From assembly GCA_963666285.1 (NCBI GenBank), contig OY762711.1: a stretch of DNA of 64,000 nt; one strand, written 5' to 3'. Of the stretch, positions 1 to 10,306 are shown in pieces (positions within the stretch are counted from its first letter, which is position 1; each line of letters begins with the position of its first letter). The position numbers and the translations under genes were made by a program. Source of the DNA: Sedimentisphaerales bacterium. GTDB lineage: Bacteria; Planctomycetota; Phycisphaerae; Sedimentisphaerales; SM23-30. The notes beneath the pieces were generated by a model. That model was not told the DNA's origin. It saw nothing but the letters and a program-made list of their open reading frames with translations, and searched no databases.

Positions 1-2
1 AA

Positions 3-626
3 CCTGATCTCGATATAACTTTTGGCCAGACCGACCCTGCTGATATCATCTACGGGTGCAGACATAACCTGGACTGTCTTTCTAAAAGCACAAACTCAAA
101 TGACGTTGCAGAATTCATTATGGATAGGCCCAAATGGACTTTTGAGAATAACACCGAAAGCTTCGATATGATATACAGTTCTCAGCATAACCTGCTCCAA
201 AATGGCAAGGTTGTCTGGGCTGCTATTGTACTGGCAAATGAAGACTTATTCAAAGGGGCCGGTGAGCAGCTGCCGGCTGCGATAGTATATAGTTTTGACC
301 CTTTTTTCGACTCACAGCCTCAAAAGCTCAACGAAATCTCGGATTTGATATTTACAGTTAAGGCGAATAGCTCAGATTCCGAACTAAATGATTTTGCTAA
401 TATTGTTTCTGACAAGAAAAAAGTAATTCTAAACACAAAAGTTCCAAATTGCCTTACCGATAATAAAGAGTGCAATTTCTGCTTTATCATAATAGATCCT
501 GACTTCCTGCCTGATGGTAGATTATCAAAACGGTTGCTGCCGGTTCTGGCCATTCCGGGCCAGGACACTGCATTATTGCTTCCTGATGAGTTTTGGGACC
601 AAAGGCTGGTCGATTTCTATAAGTAA
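3..626 (+). CDS. hypothetical protein (5' truncated by window edge)
   Basis: The frame of ORF 120..626 is open back to position 3; no recognised motif. Confidence 0.6.
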   Translation, partial: PDLDITFGQTDPADIIYGCRHNLDCLSKSTNSNDVAEFIMDRPKWTFENNTESFDMIYSSQHNLLQNGKVVWAAIVLANEDLFKGAGEQLPAAIVYSFDPFFDSQPQKLNEISDLIFTVKANSSDSELNDFANIVSDKKKVILNTKVPNCLTDNKECNFCFIIIDPDFLPDGRLSKRLLPVLAIPGQDTALLLPDEFWDQRLVDFYK

Positions 627-664
627 ACACAAGTGTAGTAAAAGATTAAAAGGTATTGTTGATT

Positions 665-2167
665 ATGCTGCAAAGATTATATGTTATTGTATTGCTATTG
701 GTTCCCTTATGCCTTTCCTCCTTTGCCGATTTGCCTGTACCCACCGCCGAAAAATTGCCTCGGTACCGAGGCTTCAATCTGCTTAACAAGTTCTATAAAG
801 GACCAAATTCTGGACCTTACGATGAAAGTGATTTCCAACTGATATCTGAGCTCGGATTCAATTTTGTCCGACTGCCGATGGATTATCGAATTTGGATAAA
901 TAACGGAGATTGGAATGAATTTGATCAACATCAAATGCAGGAAATTGACCAGGCAATAGAATGGGGTATAAAGTACCAGGTTCATGTCTGTCTCAATTTC
1001 CATCGTGCTCCCGGATACACTGTTGCCCAACCTCCTGAAAAAACCGACCTATGGACCGACACCGAAACTCAAAAAGTATGTGCTATGCATTGGGCTTACT
1101 TTGCCAGGAGATATAAAGATATACCCAATAAATACCTCAGCTTTAACCTGCTTAACGAACCCAAAGATATTAATAAAGATAAATTCATCAAAGTTATTAA
1201 AATACTGGTTGAAGCCATCAGAAATGAAGACCCGAACAGGTTAATCATATCCGACGGTATAAACTGGGGCCAAACGCCTTGCCCGGAACTTAAATCTCTC
1301 AAAATTGCGCAGGCAACCCGCGGCTATGAACCGTTTGAACTCACTCATTACAAGGCAGAATGGGCAAATCAGGAAACGGACTGGAGTGTTCCAGCCTGGC
1401 CGCAGCCGCTGGCTATTAACGGATATTTATATGGGCCTGATAAACGGGATCTGCATTCACCAATACTCATAGATGTAAACCTAAAAGATATATGCAAGAT
1501 GAAAGTTAAAGTTGGCACCGTTTCTCGTATTGGCAACCTCATTGCCAAAGCTGACGACAAAACTATATGGCAGCAGGCTTTTACTCCCGGACCGGGTAAT
1601 GGCCCCTGGGAAAAAGTTGTCTTCAAGGAACAATGGAACATGTACCAGAATGAATACAACCGGTTCTATGAATTTGAAATCCCCGCAGGCAAATACACTC
1701 TATCTATAGATAATATCGAAGGTGACTGGATAACTATTCCGGCTTTATCATTTAGCCATCCTGACGGTATCGAAAACCAGCTTGACATTACTCTCAAATG
1801 GGGGCAGGAAAATATCAAGCTCAAATACGACCCTTCTGATTCTGCCTCTCCCTTTACCGCTGAAAAATCTCGCGATAAACAATGGCTCAGGGAAAAGTAT
1901 CTTGATCCTTGGGTAAAACTGAAAAATGATAATGTCGGTGTTTTTGTTGGTGAATGGGGAGCATATAATAAAACCCCGCACGATGTCACTTTGCGGTGGA
2001 TGGAAGATTGCCTGAAAAACTACCAGGAAGCTGGTATAGGTTGGGCTCTATGGAATTTTAGAGGATCATTTGGCATTATGGACAGTTCCCGCAAAGATGT
2101 GCAATACGAAGAGTTCAGAGGGCACAAACTTGACCGGAAAATGCTGGAACTCCTACAGAAATATTAA
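665..2167 (+). CDS. glycoside hydrolase family 5 (cellulase family), secreted, with inserted beta-domain
   Basis: Signal peptide; GFNFVRLP, NLLNEP (acid/base), VGEWG (nucleophile) and GWALW motifs. Confidence 0.9.
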   Translation: MLQRLYVIVLLLVPLCLSSFADLPVPTAEKLPRYRGFNLLNKFYKGPNSGPYDESDFQLISELGFNFVRLPMDYRIWINNGDWNEFDQHQMQEIDQAIEWGIKYQVHVCLNFHRAPGYTVAQPPEKTDLWTDTETQKVCAMHWAYFARRYKDIPNKYLSFNLLNEPKDINKDKFIKVIKILVEAIRNEDPNRLIISDGINWGQTPCPELKSLKIAQATRGYEPFELTHYKAEWANQETDWSVPAWPQPLAINGYLYGPDKRDLHSPILIDVNLKDICKMKVKVGTVSRIGNLIAKADDKTIWQQAFTPGPGNGPWEKVVFKEQWNMYQNEYNRFYEFEIPAGKYTLSIDNIEGDWITIPALSFSHPDGIENQLDITLKWGQENIKLKYDPSDSASPFTAEKSRDKQWLREKYLDPWVKLKNDNVGVFVGEWGAYNKTPHDVTLRWMEDCLKNYQEAGIGWALWNFRGSFGIMDSSRKDVQYEEFRGHKLDRKMLELLQKY

Positions 2168-2172
2168 ACCGG

Positions 2173-2712
2173 TTATAATAATTGTTCAATCCTGGAAACC
2201 AAAGATTCTGGTGATGTCCTTGGCGTAAACCGCCAAACCGGATGCCCTTGTCTATCTATCAGGAATTTAGTAAAATTCCATGGAATATCTATGCTGCCGC
2301 TACTGTTAGGCACTGCTCGCGTCAGCCATTTATATAAAGGATGAGCCCCTTCTCCGTTTACCTCTATCTTATCAAACATGGTAAAGGTTACACCGTAATT
2401 CTGCTGACAGAATTTCTTGATCTCTTCTGCGGTACCAGGCTCCTGGTTCCTGAACTGGTTACAGGGAAAACCGATTATTTCAAAACCTCTATCCTTATAT
2501 TTCTTATACAACTCTTCCAATCCACCGTATTGAGATGTATAAGCACATAAGCTGGCAGTATTTACCACCAGTACAACCTTGCCTCGATAACGGTCCAGAC
2601 TAACCTCTTCTCCGCCAAGCAAATTAGCAGAAAAGTCATACAAGGTAGTACTATCTGAGTTCTGCTCCACTCTGCTTATTTTTTCAGAAGAATTACAGCC
2701 TGAAATAAACAT
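2173..2712 (-). CDS. glutathione peroxidase family protein (probable lipoprotein; 5' end probably interrupted by the intron)
   Basis: VNTASLCAYT, GFPCNQF, QEPG and WNFTKFL motifs; ISGC lipobox near the N-terminus. Confidence 0.9.
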   Translation of the reverse strand: MFISGCNSSEKISRVEQNSDSTTLYDFSANLLGGEEVSLDRYRGKVVLVVNTASLCAYTSQYGGLEELYKKYKDRGFEIIGFPCNQFRNQEPGTAEEIKKFCQQNYGVTFTMFDKIEVNGEGAHPLYKWLTRAVPNSSGSIDIPWNFTKFLIDRQGHPVWRFTPRTSPESLVSRIEQLL

Positions 2713-2727
2713 AACAGCTGAAAATAA

Positions 2728-4627
2728 ATCGAGTAGGCGGGGGTATTACTACCCCAACCTCTCACACCACCCGGCAAGCCTGCTAAGCACCAAGGCGGTT
2801 CCCTATGGTCTGTTTGCCAGTTCCTGCCATCTTTCCAGCGTACTTACCAATCCTTGTTCTTTAAACCGTTGCAAATTCATAGCTTGATGAGATTGTGGTA
2901 TCGCACTTTTCCTCCAGAGACCCTTGCCGGACAACGCACCTATCCAGGCTTGATACTCATCAACACCATTTCGCCTATAAAATCTTGCTATTGTATAGAC
3001 TCGCTTCAACTGCTTGAGTTTAATCACTCGCAGTTTACGACGAACCCAACAATCCAATCCTTTTAGCTTGTGTTTACACTGAGCATAACGATAATATGTC
3101 GTCCAACCTGTTAAAGTCATGTTGATCCTGGCAATTATCTCTGAATATCTGCCCGGTTTATTACGCCGGGTAAGGCTACGTACCTTATCCTTAAAACGGC
3201 AGATACTCTTCGGGGCTATACCAAGGTTCCCGTCGCCGAAACAGGCGATAGCCAAGGAAGCTTCTTTCACTTACATGGCCAACCGCCGATTTCTCCTTAT
3301 TAACACGAAGTTTAAGTTTAGACTCAAGGAACTTTGTTGCACTTTCAAGTACCCGTTCACCTGCTCTGGTTGACTGTACATATATATTACAGTCATCGGC
3401 ATAGCGAACAAAGCGATGACCTCGTTTTCCAGTTCTCTGTCGAAATCTGTTAACAGAATATTCGCCAGTAGTGGACTTAGCGGACCACCTTGCGGTGTCC
3501 CGTCTTTACGAGGTATTACTACACCATTCTGCATTAAACCTGCATTCAAAAAGGCTCGTATTAGTTTTAACAGTCGTTTATCCTTGATATAACGAGCTAT
3601 TCGAGCCATCAATACATCGTGGTTTACACGATCAAAGAATTTCTCCAGATCCAGGTCAACTACATAAACATAGCCTCCCTTTACGTACTCACTGGCTTGA
3701 TCTATCGCCTGATGAGCACTTCGACCCGGACGAAACCCATAACTGAGTTCGCTGAATTCACGCTCCAGTATGGGGGTAAGCTTCTGTAGAATACCTTGCT
3801 GAACCATACGGTCTATGGCCGTGGGAATACCCAACTGACGTTTTCCACCGCCGGATTTGGGGATTTCCACCCCTCTTACCGGTGATGGAACATATGTACC
3901 GGCCATTAAGGATTCTATCAGTTCATCTATATGCTCGCGGCACCATGCATACATGTCATCAACGGTCATACCATCGATACCTGCTGCCCCGTTGTTAGAT
4001 ACCACTCGCACATACGCTGTTCGCAGATTGTCTTTATCGACTATCTGCTCCATAAGATGGTCGGTCAGGGGTAAGACTTCGGGATTCGCCGGGATGCAAC
4101 TACACGCCTCTAACCCGGTAGATTGAGTTCCGCTCTCTCCACCGCAGCCGAAGTTCAGGTTGTGCTGAGTTGACAGTGGTCTGTTGTCCATCGAGTCTCC
4201 TGTTATTACGTTCCTGTCCATAAGATTCAGTCCTTCGCAAATATTAAAAGGGAATATTTACTACTATGACCTCTGCTGACTTCTGTAAGGCTCCAATGCT
4301 TCTCGGACATTATAGCCTTGAAACAAATGATGTTGATACCCAACATACCTTACAGACCTCCCGGGGTAAGATTTAATACTTCCGGTCGGGCCTCGCCGGA
4401 TTTACCTTTATCGTCTCCGAATGAGTATCGGGCTTCAGAATCCATTGCTTCCTTACCCGGACGACACCGGCCTTATATCCGATTCCTGTTCGTCGAGTCC
4501 GACTTTTGCCTAAGGCTTCCTTACCACCCAGCGTCACCGCTACGCAGTTGCCTTCGACTTGCGGTTCCGCTCATCACGGCCCGCAGGGGACTTTAACCCC
4601 ATGAGCATTAAATCATGCCCGGCGCAC
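2728..4627 (-). mobile_element. group II intron, class C (IIC), 1900 nt
   Basis: 5' end GTGCGCC at 4627. Domain V GAACCGCC...GGTGGTGTGAGAGG lies just after the ORF stop; domain VI ends CCTACTCGAT at 2728. Inserted directly after a terminator hairpin; RT/maturase without endonuclease domain. Confidence 0.92.
2803..4221 (-). pseudogene. ltrA: group II intron reverse transcriptase/maturase with two frameshifts
   Basis: RQLGIP, SYGFRP, DLEKFFD and GTPQGGPLSP motifs. RYADD (YADD at 3392-3403) lies in a shifted frame between indels at ~3425-3428 and ~3239-3241. Confidence 0.88.
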
Positions 4628-4655
4628 AAAAAAGCCGGACAAATATGACCGGCTT
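4628..4655 (-). terminator. rho-independent terminator of the prepilin-type gene; intron target site
   Basis: AAGCCGG-N10-CCGGCTT followed by a T run abutting the intron 5' end. Confidence 0.85.
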
Positions 4656-4677
4656 ATAATCAATTATAATATCAAAA

Positions 4678-5592
4678 TCAACGACCACCGTACCATGTAA
4701 CAACCCTTAAAAGGTCTGGCTGAAGCATTCCAGTTTCTGTATCATAACACCATTCTGTATTTTTCGCCACTTCAGCTGCATCAATTCTATAGGTTGTTTT
4801 TGCAAGCTCCAAAGTCTTTGGAGACTGCCAACTGGTTATTTCTGCATGCCCATCAGCAAAAGCAATAGTTCCTCTCTTATTATGCCATACCGCCATATAA
4901 TCCCACCAAGAGCTGTCCTGAAATTTATTTTCTCTAGAATGAACTTGGAAAGATCCTAGAAGATAATTCTGCCCCAACGTTGACTCTTCTACAAACACCA
5001 TTTTTTCTGACGGTGTTTTAATCTGGCCGGCTTTTGTATAAGCTTTAACTCCATTATGACCACTTACAACATCTTCACCATTCATTGTTCCTGTAATCGC
5101 ATAAGAAACAAAAGCATCCATTGGAGCACTTTTCTTAAAATTCTTATCTCCCGGACAATGGTAAACATCATGGGTCTTGTTATATTTCCATAACTTACCT
5201 AATTCGATACCGAACTTACGGTAATCCAGGGCATTTGTATTATTAAATGCTGAATCACCATTTGACAATGACCTGTGATTATTAGATCCGCTGGTATCTT
5301 CAACTGTCGGTGCACATATCCAAGGGTGTAAACCGGCTGGACGCCTATCAGTCTCATTGTAAGGTAACTGGCCATTGTAACCGGAAGCCATTCCGCCAAC
5401 CAGCTGGTCTCCATTGTCGCCGCAATACATTACCCAGGATGAAATCAATGCTTTCTGGTTGCCCAAACATACGGCAGCCGTTGCCTGTTGCTTTGCTTTA
5501 TTCAAAGAAGGCATTAAAATACTTACCAATAAGGCAATAATAGAAATTACTACCAATAGCTCAATTAATGTAAAACCTTTTCTTTTTGACAT
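4678..5592 (-). CDS. prepilin-type N-terminal cleavage/methylation protein with H-X9-DG motif (DUF1559-like)
   Basis: KGFTLIELLVVISIIALLVSILMPSL at the N-terminus; HNKRGTIAFADGH near the C-terminus. Confidence 0.9.
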   Translation of the reverse strand: MSKRKGFTLIELLVVISIIALLVSILMPSLNKAKQQATAAVCLGNQKALISSWVMYCGDNGDQLVGGMASGYNGQLPYNETDRRPAGLHPWICAPTVEDTSGSNNHRSLSNGDSAFNNTNALDYRKFGIELGKLWKYNKTHDVYHCPGDKNFKKSAPMDAFVSYAITGTMNGEDVVSGHNGVKAYTKAGQIKTPSEKMVFVEESTLGQNYLLGSFQVHSRENKFQDSSWWDYMAVWHNKRGTIAFADGHAEITSWQSPKTLELAKTTYRIDAAEVAKNTEWCYDTETGMLQPDLLRVVTWYGGR

Positions 5593-6059
5593 TTTGTTCT
5601 CCTGTTATATATAGAACCTATAAAAATAATGTGGAATAATTATAAAGTAATGCTTTGTGACTCTTTTCTGGTTGAAAATTCGAATAAATGATTTTTGATG
5701 GTATTATTACAAAAAAAACAATATCATTTTCTTTTCAATAATAAACCCGTAATATGCGGGAAGTTGGAGTCTAAAAAAGCAAAATATATAAAACTTTTCA
5801 AATAAATACGTTACAAAAAAAACACAGTTTTATAACCACTTTGCCACAAACCATTATACACTATTTTGTTTCAAATGCGAAGAAAAAACTACCAAAATTC
5901 TCGCCAAAATCACCTTAATTTGTAACAATTAAACAATGCATGCAAATAAAATGGTTTAAAAAACTTATAATAATACATATGTAAGCCCATACAAACATAA
6001 ATATTTACTAAACAATAACTTAATAAATCCAATACTGGACTGCCATTTAAGCATGCAAA

Positions 6060-8096
6060 TTAAAATCTTAACTGTAAACGCCCAAAAAACATACGACCCG
6101 GTGTACTGACTGAGGTATAGTGCCCAAAACCAAAAACAGGGTCATGTTCATCACACAATAAATCTGAAACTCCGATTAAAATTTCACCGTCCCCATCAAA
6201 TATTTTTCGGCTTAGAGTCATATCCAGCCTATGGCTGGCCCCGACGTCATCTATATCAAAAAATGATCGTGTCGTATCCGCAAAACGATAATTTGTATTT
6301 AAAGTCCAGTTATTGTCAACATAATATCTCCAGCTCACCCCAGCCTTATGCTTTGCCGGTGCATAGGACCTGAAATTCTGGTCGGCATATTTATCTCGAA
6401 GATCATTATAGGCAAACCAAAAAGTTAACTTAGATGTTTTTAATCGCTTTTCTAATTCAATCTCTGCTCCATAACCCTCAATTTTATCCTGGTTATACAC
6501 CTGAGACATTCGCCTGCCCAGGCCTAATGGATCATCAACAAATTCTAAACCCACCATATTATCAAATTCCTGATAATAACCATTTATAAACAATTGGGTA
6601 TTATCTTCAAACACCTGCTGATATCCAACTTCATATGACCATATTTCTTCATTTTTCAAATTATCTGGTTTCAGAAAATTAGTGGCATATAGACCGGGCG
6701 CTACCATAATACTCACCTGGTTGGAATTCCTTAGAAAATATGTTGGTGCACGAAATGCCCTGCCAACACTAAACCTCAAGGACTTTTTTTTCTGCTCATT
6801 CATATGACGCAGAGCTGTCACCCTGGTAGCTACTTCATCATCATTATCCGAAAACCAGTCCCCTCTTAGCTGCCCTTCAAAAGTCCAGTTTTTGCTGTAT
6901 TCCCACCGGTCTAAAACAAAAGCACCTATCTGTCTTTCATTTGCATATTTTTCTTCATACTGCACTTGAGTTGGACTTGGAGAATCAAACTCCAGCGATG
7001 TAAGATGCAGATTTGCTCCCGCCTGGATATGATGCCGATTGATTTCTGCTAAATCATACTGAACTTCAAAATCGTATTCTTCGGCCAGGTAATTCACTGT
7101 CGCCATGCTGTGAATATCATAATTGTTATACCTGCCTTGTAGATACCCGCTGCTGCCGTCGTCAAATTTACAATTTAACCTGGCATAGGCAAATAAACTT
7201 TCAGTAGTATAATCATCTCTTGAATATATACCGACATACTCTATATTTCCTGTACTGAAGTCTGTATAATCCAGACCGAAATCGATTGTCGTATCATCAT
7301 TTATACGGTAAGTATTCTTTATATCTAATATGTACTTTCTGACATTATCCGTTGCAGAAAAACCTAATGGACCGATTAATGTTTCTAATGTGCCATTTCT
7401 GTACGACAACTCTCCGGCACCTGCCCGCTCGGAATCGACCAGTTCCTGCCATAGAAATGACAAGCGAGTACTGAATTTCTCATTACCAAAACCATACCTC
7501 AAATGATTCTCAATATCATTAAACTCAGTAAAAGAAGAACTTATAAATACGCCCTGAGTGTCCGAGGGCTTCTTTGTTATAACATTAATGACGCCATTTA
7601 ACGCATTTGCACCCCAAGCTGCTCCTCCGGGACCTCTCAAGATTTCAACTCTTTCAATATCTTCTAATATCAATGGATAGATAAAAAATTCCACTCCGCC
7701 ATAATAAGGACTATTATAGGGTTTCCCATCGATCAGTATCAGCGATCGCTCTGCCATTATATCATGCATTCCCCTGACACCTGTAGGATATATGCCCCTA
7801 CGGCAAGGAAGAACATCAACTCCAGGACGAAACTGCAAGATATTGGGCAAATCCATCAAACCGCTATAATGAATATCTTCTGATGTTAAGATACTCACCG
7901 GGATTGTACTTTCATTGATCCACTGCTCCTGTCGTGATGCCGACACAATTACCGGCACTTCCAGTAATTCCTCAAGTGACATATCCAGTATGTCATCATC
8001 AGAATTATCTTCAGAATTTTCAGCTGAATTAGCCAATGTGACCATAACTGAAAAATATACCACCAGAAATAATATTGTAGTAAAACTCTTATTCAT
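6060..8096 (-). CDS. TonB-dependent outer membrane receptor
   Basis: Signal peptide, plug motif IERVEILRGPG...GVINVITK, C-terminal Phe. Confidence 0.92.
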   Translation of the reverse strand: MNKSFTTILFLVVYFSVMVTLANSAENSEDNSDDDILDMSLEELLEVPVIVSASRQEQWINESTIPVSILTSEDIHYSGLMDLPNILQFRPGVDVLPCRRGIYPTGVRGMHDIMAERSLILIDGKPYNSPYYGGVEFFIYPLILEDIERVEILRGPGGAAWGANALNGVINVITKKPSDTQGVFISSSFTEFNDIENHLRYGFGNEKFSTRLSFLWQELVDSERAGAGELSYRNGTLETLIGPLGFSATDNVRKYILDIKNTYRINDDTTIDFGLDYTDFSTGNIEYVGIYSRDDYTTESLFAYARLNCKFDDGSSGYLQGRYNNYDIHSMATVNYLAEEYDFEVQYDLAEINRHHIQAGANLHLTSLEFDSPSPTQVQYEEKYANERQIGAFVLDRWEYSKNWTFEGQLRGDWFSDNDDEVATRVTALRHMNEQKKKSLRFSVGRAFRAPTYFLRNSNQVSIMVAPGLYATNFLKPDNLKNEEIWSYEVGYQQVFEDNTQLFINGYYQEFDNMVGLEFVDDPLGLGRRMSQVYNQDKIEGYGAEIELEKRLKTSKLTFWFAYNDLRDKYADQNFRSYAPAKHKAGVSWRYYVDNNWTLNTNYRFADTTRSFFDIDDVGASHRLDMTLSRKIFDGDGEILIGVSDLLCDEHDPVFGFGHYTSVSTPGRMFFGRLQLRF

Positions 8097-8419
8097 AAGT
8101 ATTTAGATTAATAAATGTATATCATTTCATACATTATTCACACTCTGCTAATTTGATATCGACACCATATATTACCTCTCTTTCAAAAAAACTGACGAAA
8201 ATTACGGTTTTTTTGTAACTTGTTGTTTGTTATGCTGTAATATATTATAAATAACAATTATTACTAATTTTAAGTTGCTTAATATTGCTGATTTATACAA
8301 CGCTTTTGTGTTATCGGCCTTATTGGCACGGATTCTTGTTGAATCTATGGCAATAAAAACCGAATAACAATAATGAAGGCAGGCATTTAGCTATGGCTCG
8401 ATCGGTCGGGACAAACTAA

Positions 8420-8998
8420 ATGCCTGAGCTTAAAATGTCTGTTAAAATTGAAAATACTCTAGAGATGATTACAGTTACTGATCAGGAACTCGCTGCACGG
8501 GCCTGCGACGGGTGCAGATCGTCTTTTGACGAGCTGGTGCAAAGATACAGCCAGAAGGTTTTCAAGTTCATTTTCATGAAAACCAACAATATCGAATGCA
8601 CTGAAGACATTGTGCAAGATGCATTTGTCAGGGCTTGGCAAAATATTGAAAAGTATGATCCGCAATATTGTTTTTCAACCTGGCTCTATACTATTGCTAT
8701 CCGGCTTACTCATAACCATTTCCGGAAACGCAAAATAAATTGTATAGAAGATGAAATCTTAGACAGTAGAAGCGGCAACCAGCAAACACCGGATCAAATT
8801 GTCAGCCAGGCGGAAGAAAACCAGAGAGTCTGGAAATTGGCAGCTGACCTTAAACCGGAATATTACAATATTCTTTGGTTGAAATATGTTGAACTGCTCA
8901 GTATAGAAGAAATTGCAAAGGCTACAGGCAAAAGTGAGGCTAACGTTAAAGTGATTCTTCATCGAGCCAGAAACAAACTAGCGAAAAAACTTAATTAA
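8420..8998 (+). CDS. ECF RNA polymerase sigma factor
   Basis: EDIVQDAFVRAW, FSTWLYTIA and a region 4 HTH. Confidence 0.92.
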   Translation: MPELKMSVKIENTLEMITVTDQELAARACDGCRSSFDELVQRYSQKVFKFIFMKTNNIECTEDIVQDAFVRAWQNIEKYDPQYCFSTWLYTIAIRLTHNHFRKRKINCIEDEILDSRSGNQQTPDQIVSQAEENQRVWKLAADLKPEYYNILWLKYVELLSIEEIAKATGKSEANVKVILHRARNKLAKKLN

Positions 8999-9027
8999 AT
9001 TGACACCTTTTTTTTGTTTTGAGGGTT

Positions 9028-9660
9028 ATGATGTTTTGTGAACATTATAGATTAAAAATTTCAGAATCAATCGATACCGGCATGGAACTACCTTCCGGTA
9101 CTCTAAAGCATATTGCTAAATGCAAAAATTGCAGGCAATATTTTGATTCTATTAAAAAACTTGAATTCACTCTGGAACAAGAACCAGAGGCAATACGGAA
9201 TTACAATTTCGATAATCTTAACCTGGCAATCAGCAGCAAAATCGACCTCGATGAACCGATTGACACTGAATCATTGCATTATCCAACGATCAAATATAAT
9301 CACAAGTTTGCCATGGCTGCTACGTTAATTATCGCCGCCACTCTTGCATTTTCGATCTTTGTTAACTCTACTACGAAAATAGAACACACTGATACTCACT
9401 TGGCGAATAGCGGCAATACCCCATCAACCCATATCGAAACTGCCGACATTCAGGGAACCGAAGATAAAAACTCGCTTGCCGCTACTCCGCAAATGGCGAT
9501 CATATTCCAGCTTTATTCTAATTTAGACAAAAAAGAAGTTAAATCCACTCTTTTGGAAAGTAAGGAATACTACGACAAAACCCAGGAAATATCAGAAAAA
9601 TCTTATGATATTTTGAATAAAGCTCTTAAAAACAGTCATTTTATATCATTACTGTTCTAA
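9028..9660 (+). CDS. putative zinc-finger membrane anti-sigma factor
   Basis: HIAKCKNC (HxxxCxxC) motif, a single TM segment, directly after the ECF gene. Confidence 0.75.
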   Translation: MMFCEHYRLKISESIDTGMELPSGTLKHIAKCKNCRQYFDSIKKLEFTLEQEPEAIRNYNFDNLNLAISSKIDLDEPIDTESLHYPTIKYNHKFAMAATLIIAATLAFSIFVNSTTKIEHTDTHLANSGNTPSTHIETADIQGTEDKNSLAATPQMAIIFQLYSNLDKKEVKSTLLESKEYYDKTQEISEKSYDILNKALKNSHFISLLF

Positions 9661-9668
9661 CACATACG

Positions 9669-9704
9669 CTGCGTTGCTTTAATACTAACACTAAAGCAAC
9701 GCAG
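9669..9704. terminator. hairpin between convergent genes (likely bidirectional terminator)
   Basis: CTGCGTTGCTTTA-N10-TAAAGCAACGCAG. Confidence 0.75.
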
Positions 9705-9712
9705 AAGCAATT

Positions 9713-9997
9713 TCAGCTTGTCTTATATACATCTATCTCAGGTTCACCTTCGCAATGCCCTACGATCTGGGGTAAAATATTCTTGAAATGGTCTGTGTCA
9801 AAATGGGCTTTCAAGTCATCATTTGTATCCCATTTCTCTATAAAGGCATAAACACCATCCTTTTCCGTATGCTTATGCAAATCATATTCCAGACACCCGG
9901 TCTCCTTTAATGTTTCAAATATGAGCTCTCTCACAAGAACCATAAATTCCTCTAGCTCGCCCACTTTAACCTTTAATTTAGCTACTACTGTAATCAT
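9713..9997 (-). CDS. ABM-family (putative quinol) monooxygenase
   Basis: ETGCLEY...IEKW...AHFDTDHF; ATG at 9997 with GAGAGG RBS. Confidence 0.85.
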   Translation of the reverse strand: MITVVAKLKVKVGELEEFMVLVRELIFETLKETGCLEYDLHKHTEKDGVYAFIEKWDTNDDLKAHFDTDHFKNILPQIVGHCEGEPEIDVYKTS

Positions 9998-10029
9998 AAT
10001 TTTCCTCTCAAAATAAATATATAACAAAA

Positions 10030-10080
10030 TAGTTAATTTCGCCGTTTTTAAGTTGCATAAACCGCCAAAAGTGCGATTCC
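10030..10080 (+). repeat. dispersed repeat R1, copy 1
   Basis: AGTTAATTTCGCCGTTTTTAAGTTGCATAAACCGCCAAAAG; similar to 41658, 43698, 50264 and 54428. Confidence 0.7.
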
Positions 10081-10143
10081 GCTCAAACAGTTGCTGAAAT
10101 CTAATAATAGAGTATCAATTAAAAAAATCCAGCATAAAACATA

Positions 10144-10306
10144 AGGTGACCTATGGAAATTGCTTTTGATGCGATAGTTTGAAATTTTGGTTGCTGGCAA
10201 GGAACATAAAATCGTGCATATTGAGCTATATTCACGGTTTTATGTGACGCATGTCAGCAGACAAAAGAAAAACTAGTCGCTCAAAATGAATTTCCAGGGG
10301 TTGCCT
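10144..10306 (+). mobile_element. palindromic MITE-like element (163 bp) with TA target duplication
   Basis: Imperfect TIR AGGTGACCTATGGAAATT / AATTTCCAGGGGTTGCCT, TA on both sides, internal long hairpin. Confidence 0.8.

Noticed and set aside
2803..4221. RT as a retron, DGR or defence RT
   Set aside because: It is enclosed by group II intron ends and has a maturase domain; no template/variable repeat pair was seen.
8324..8340. Possible sigma-54 promoter TGGCACGGATTCTTGT
   Set aside because: The -12 element is off by one base and lacks GC.
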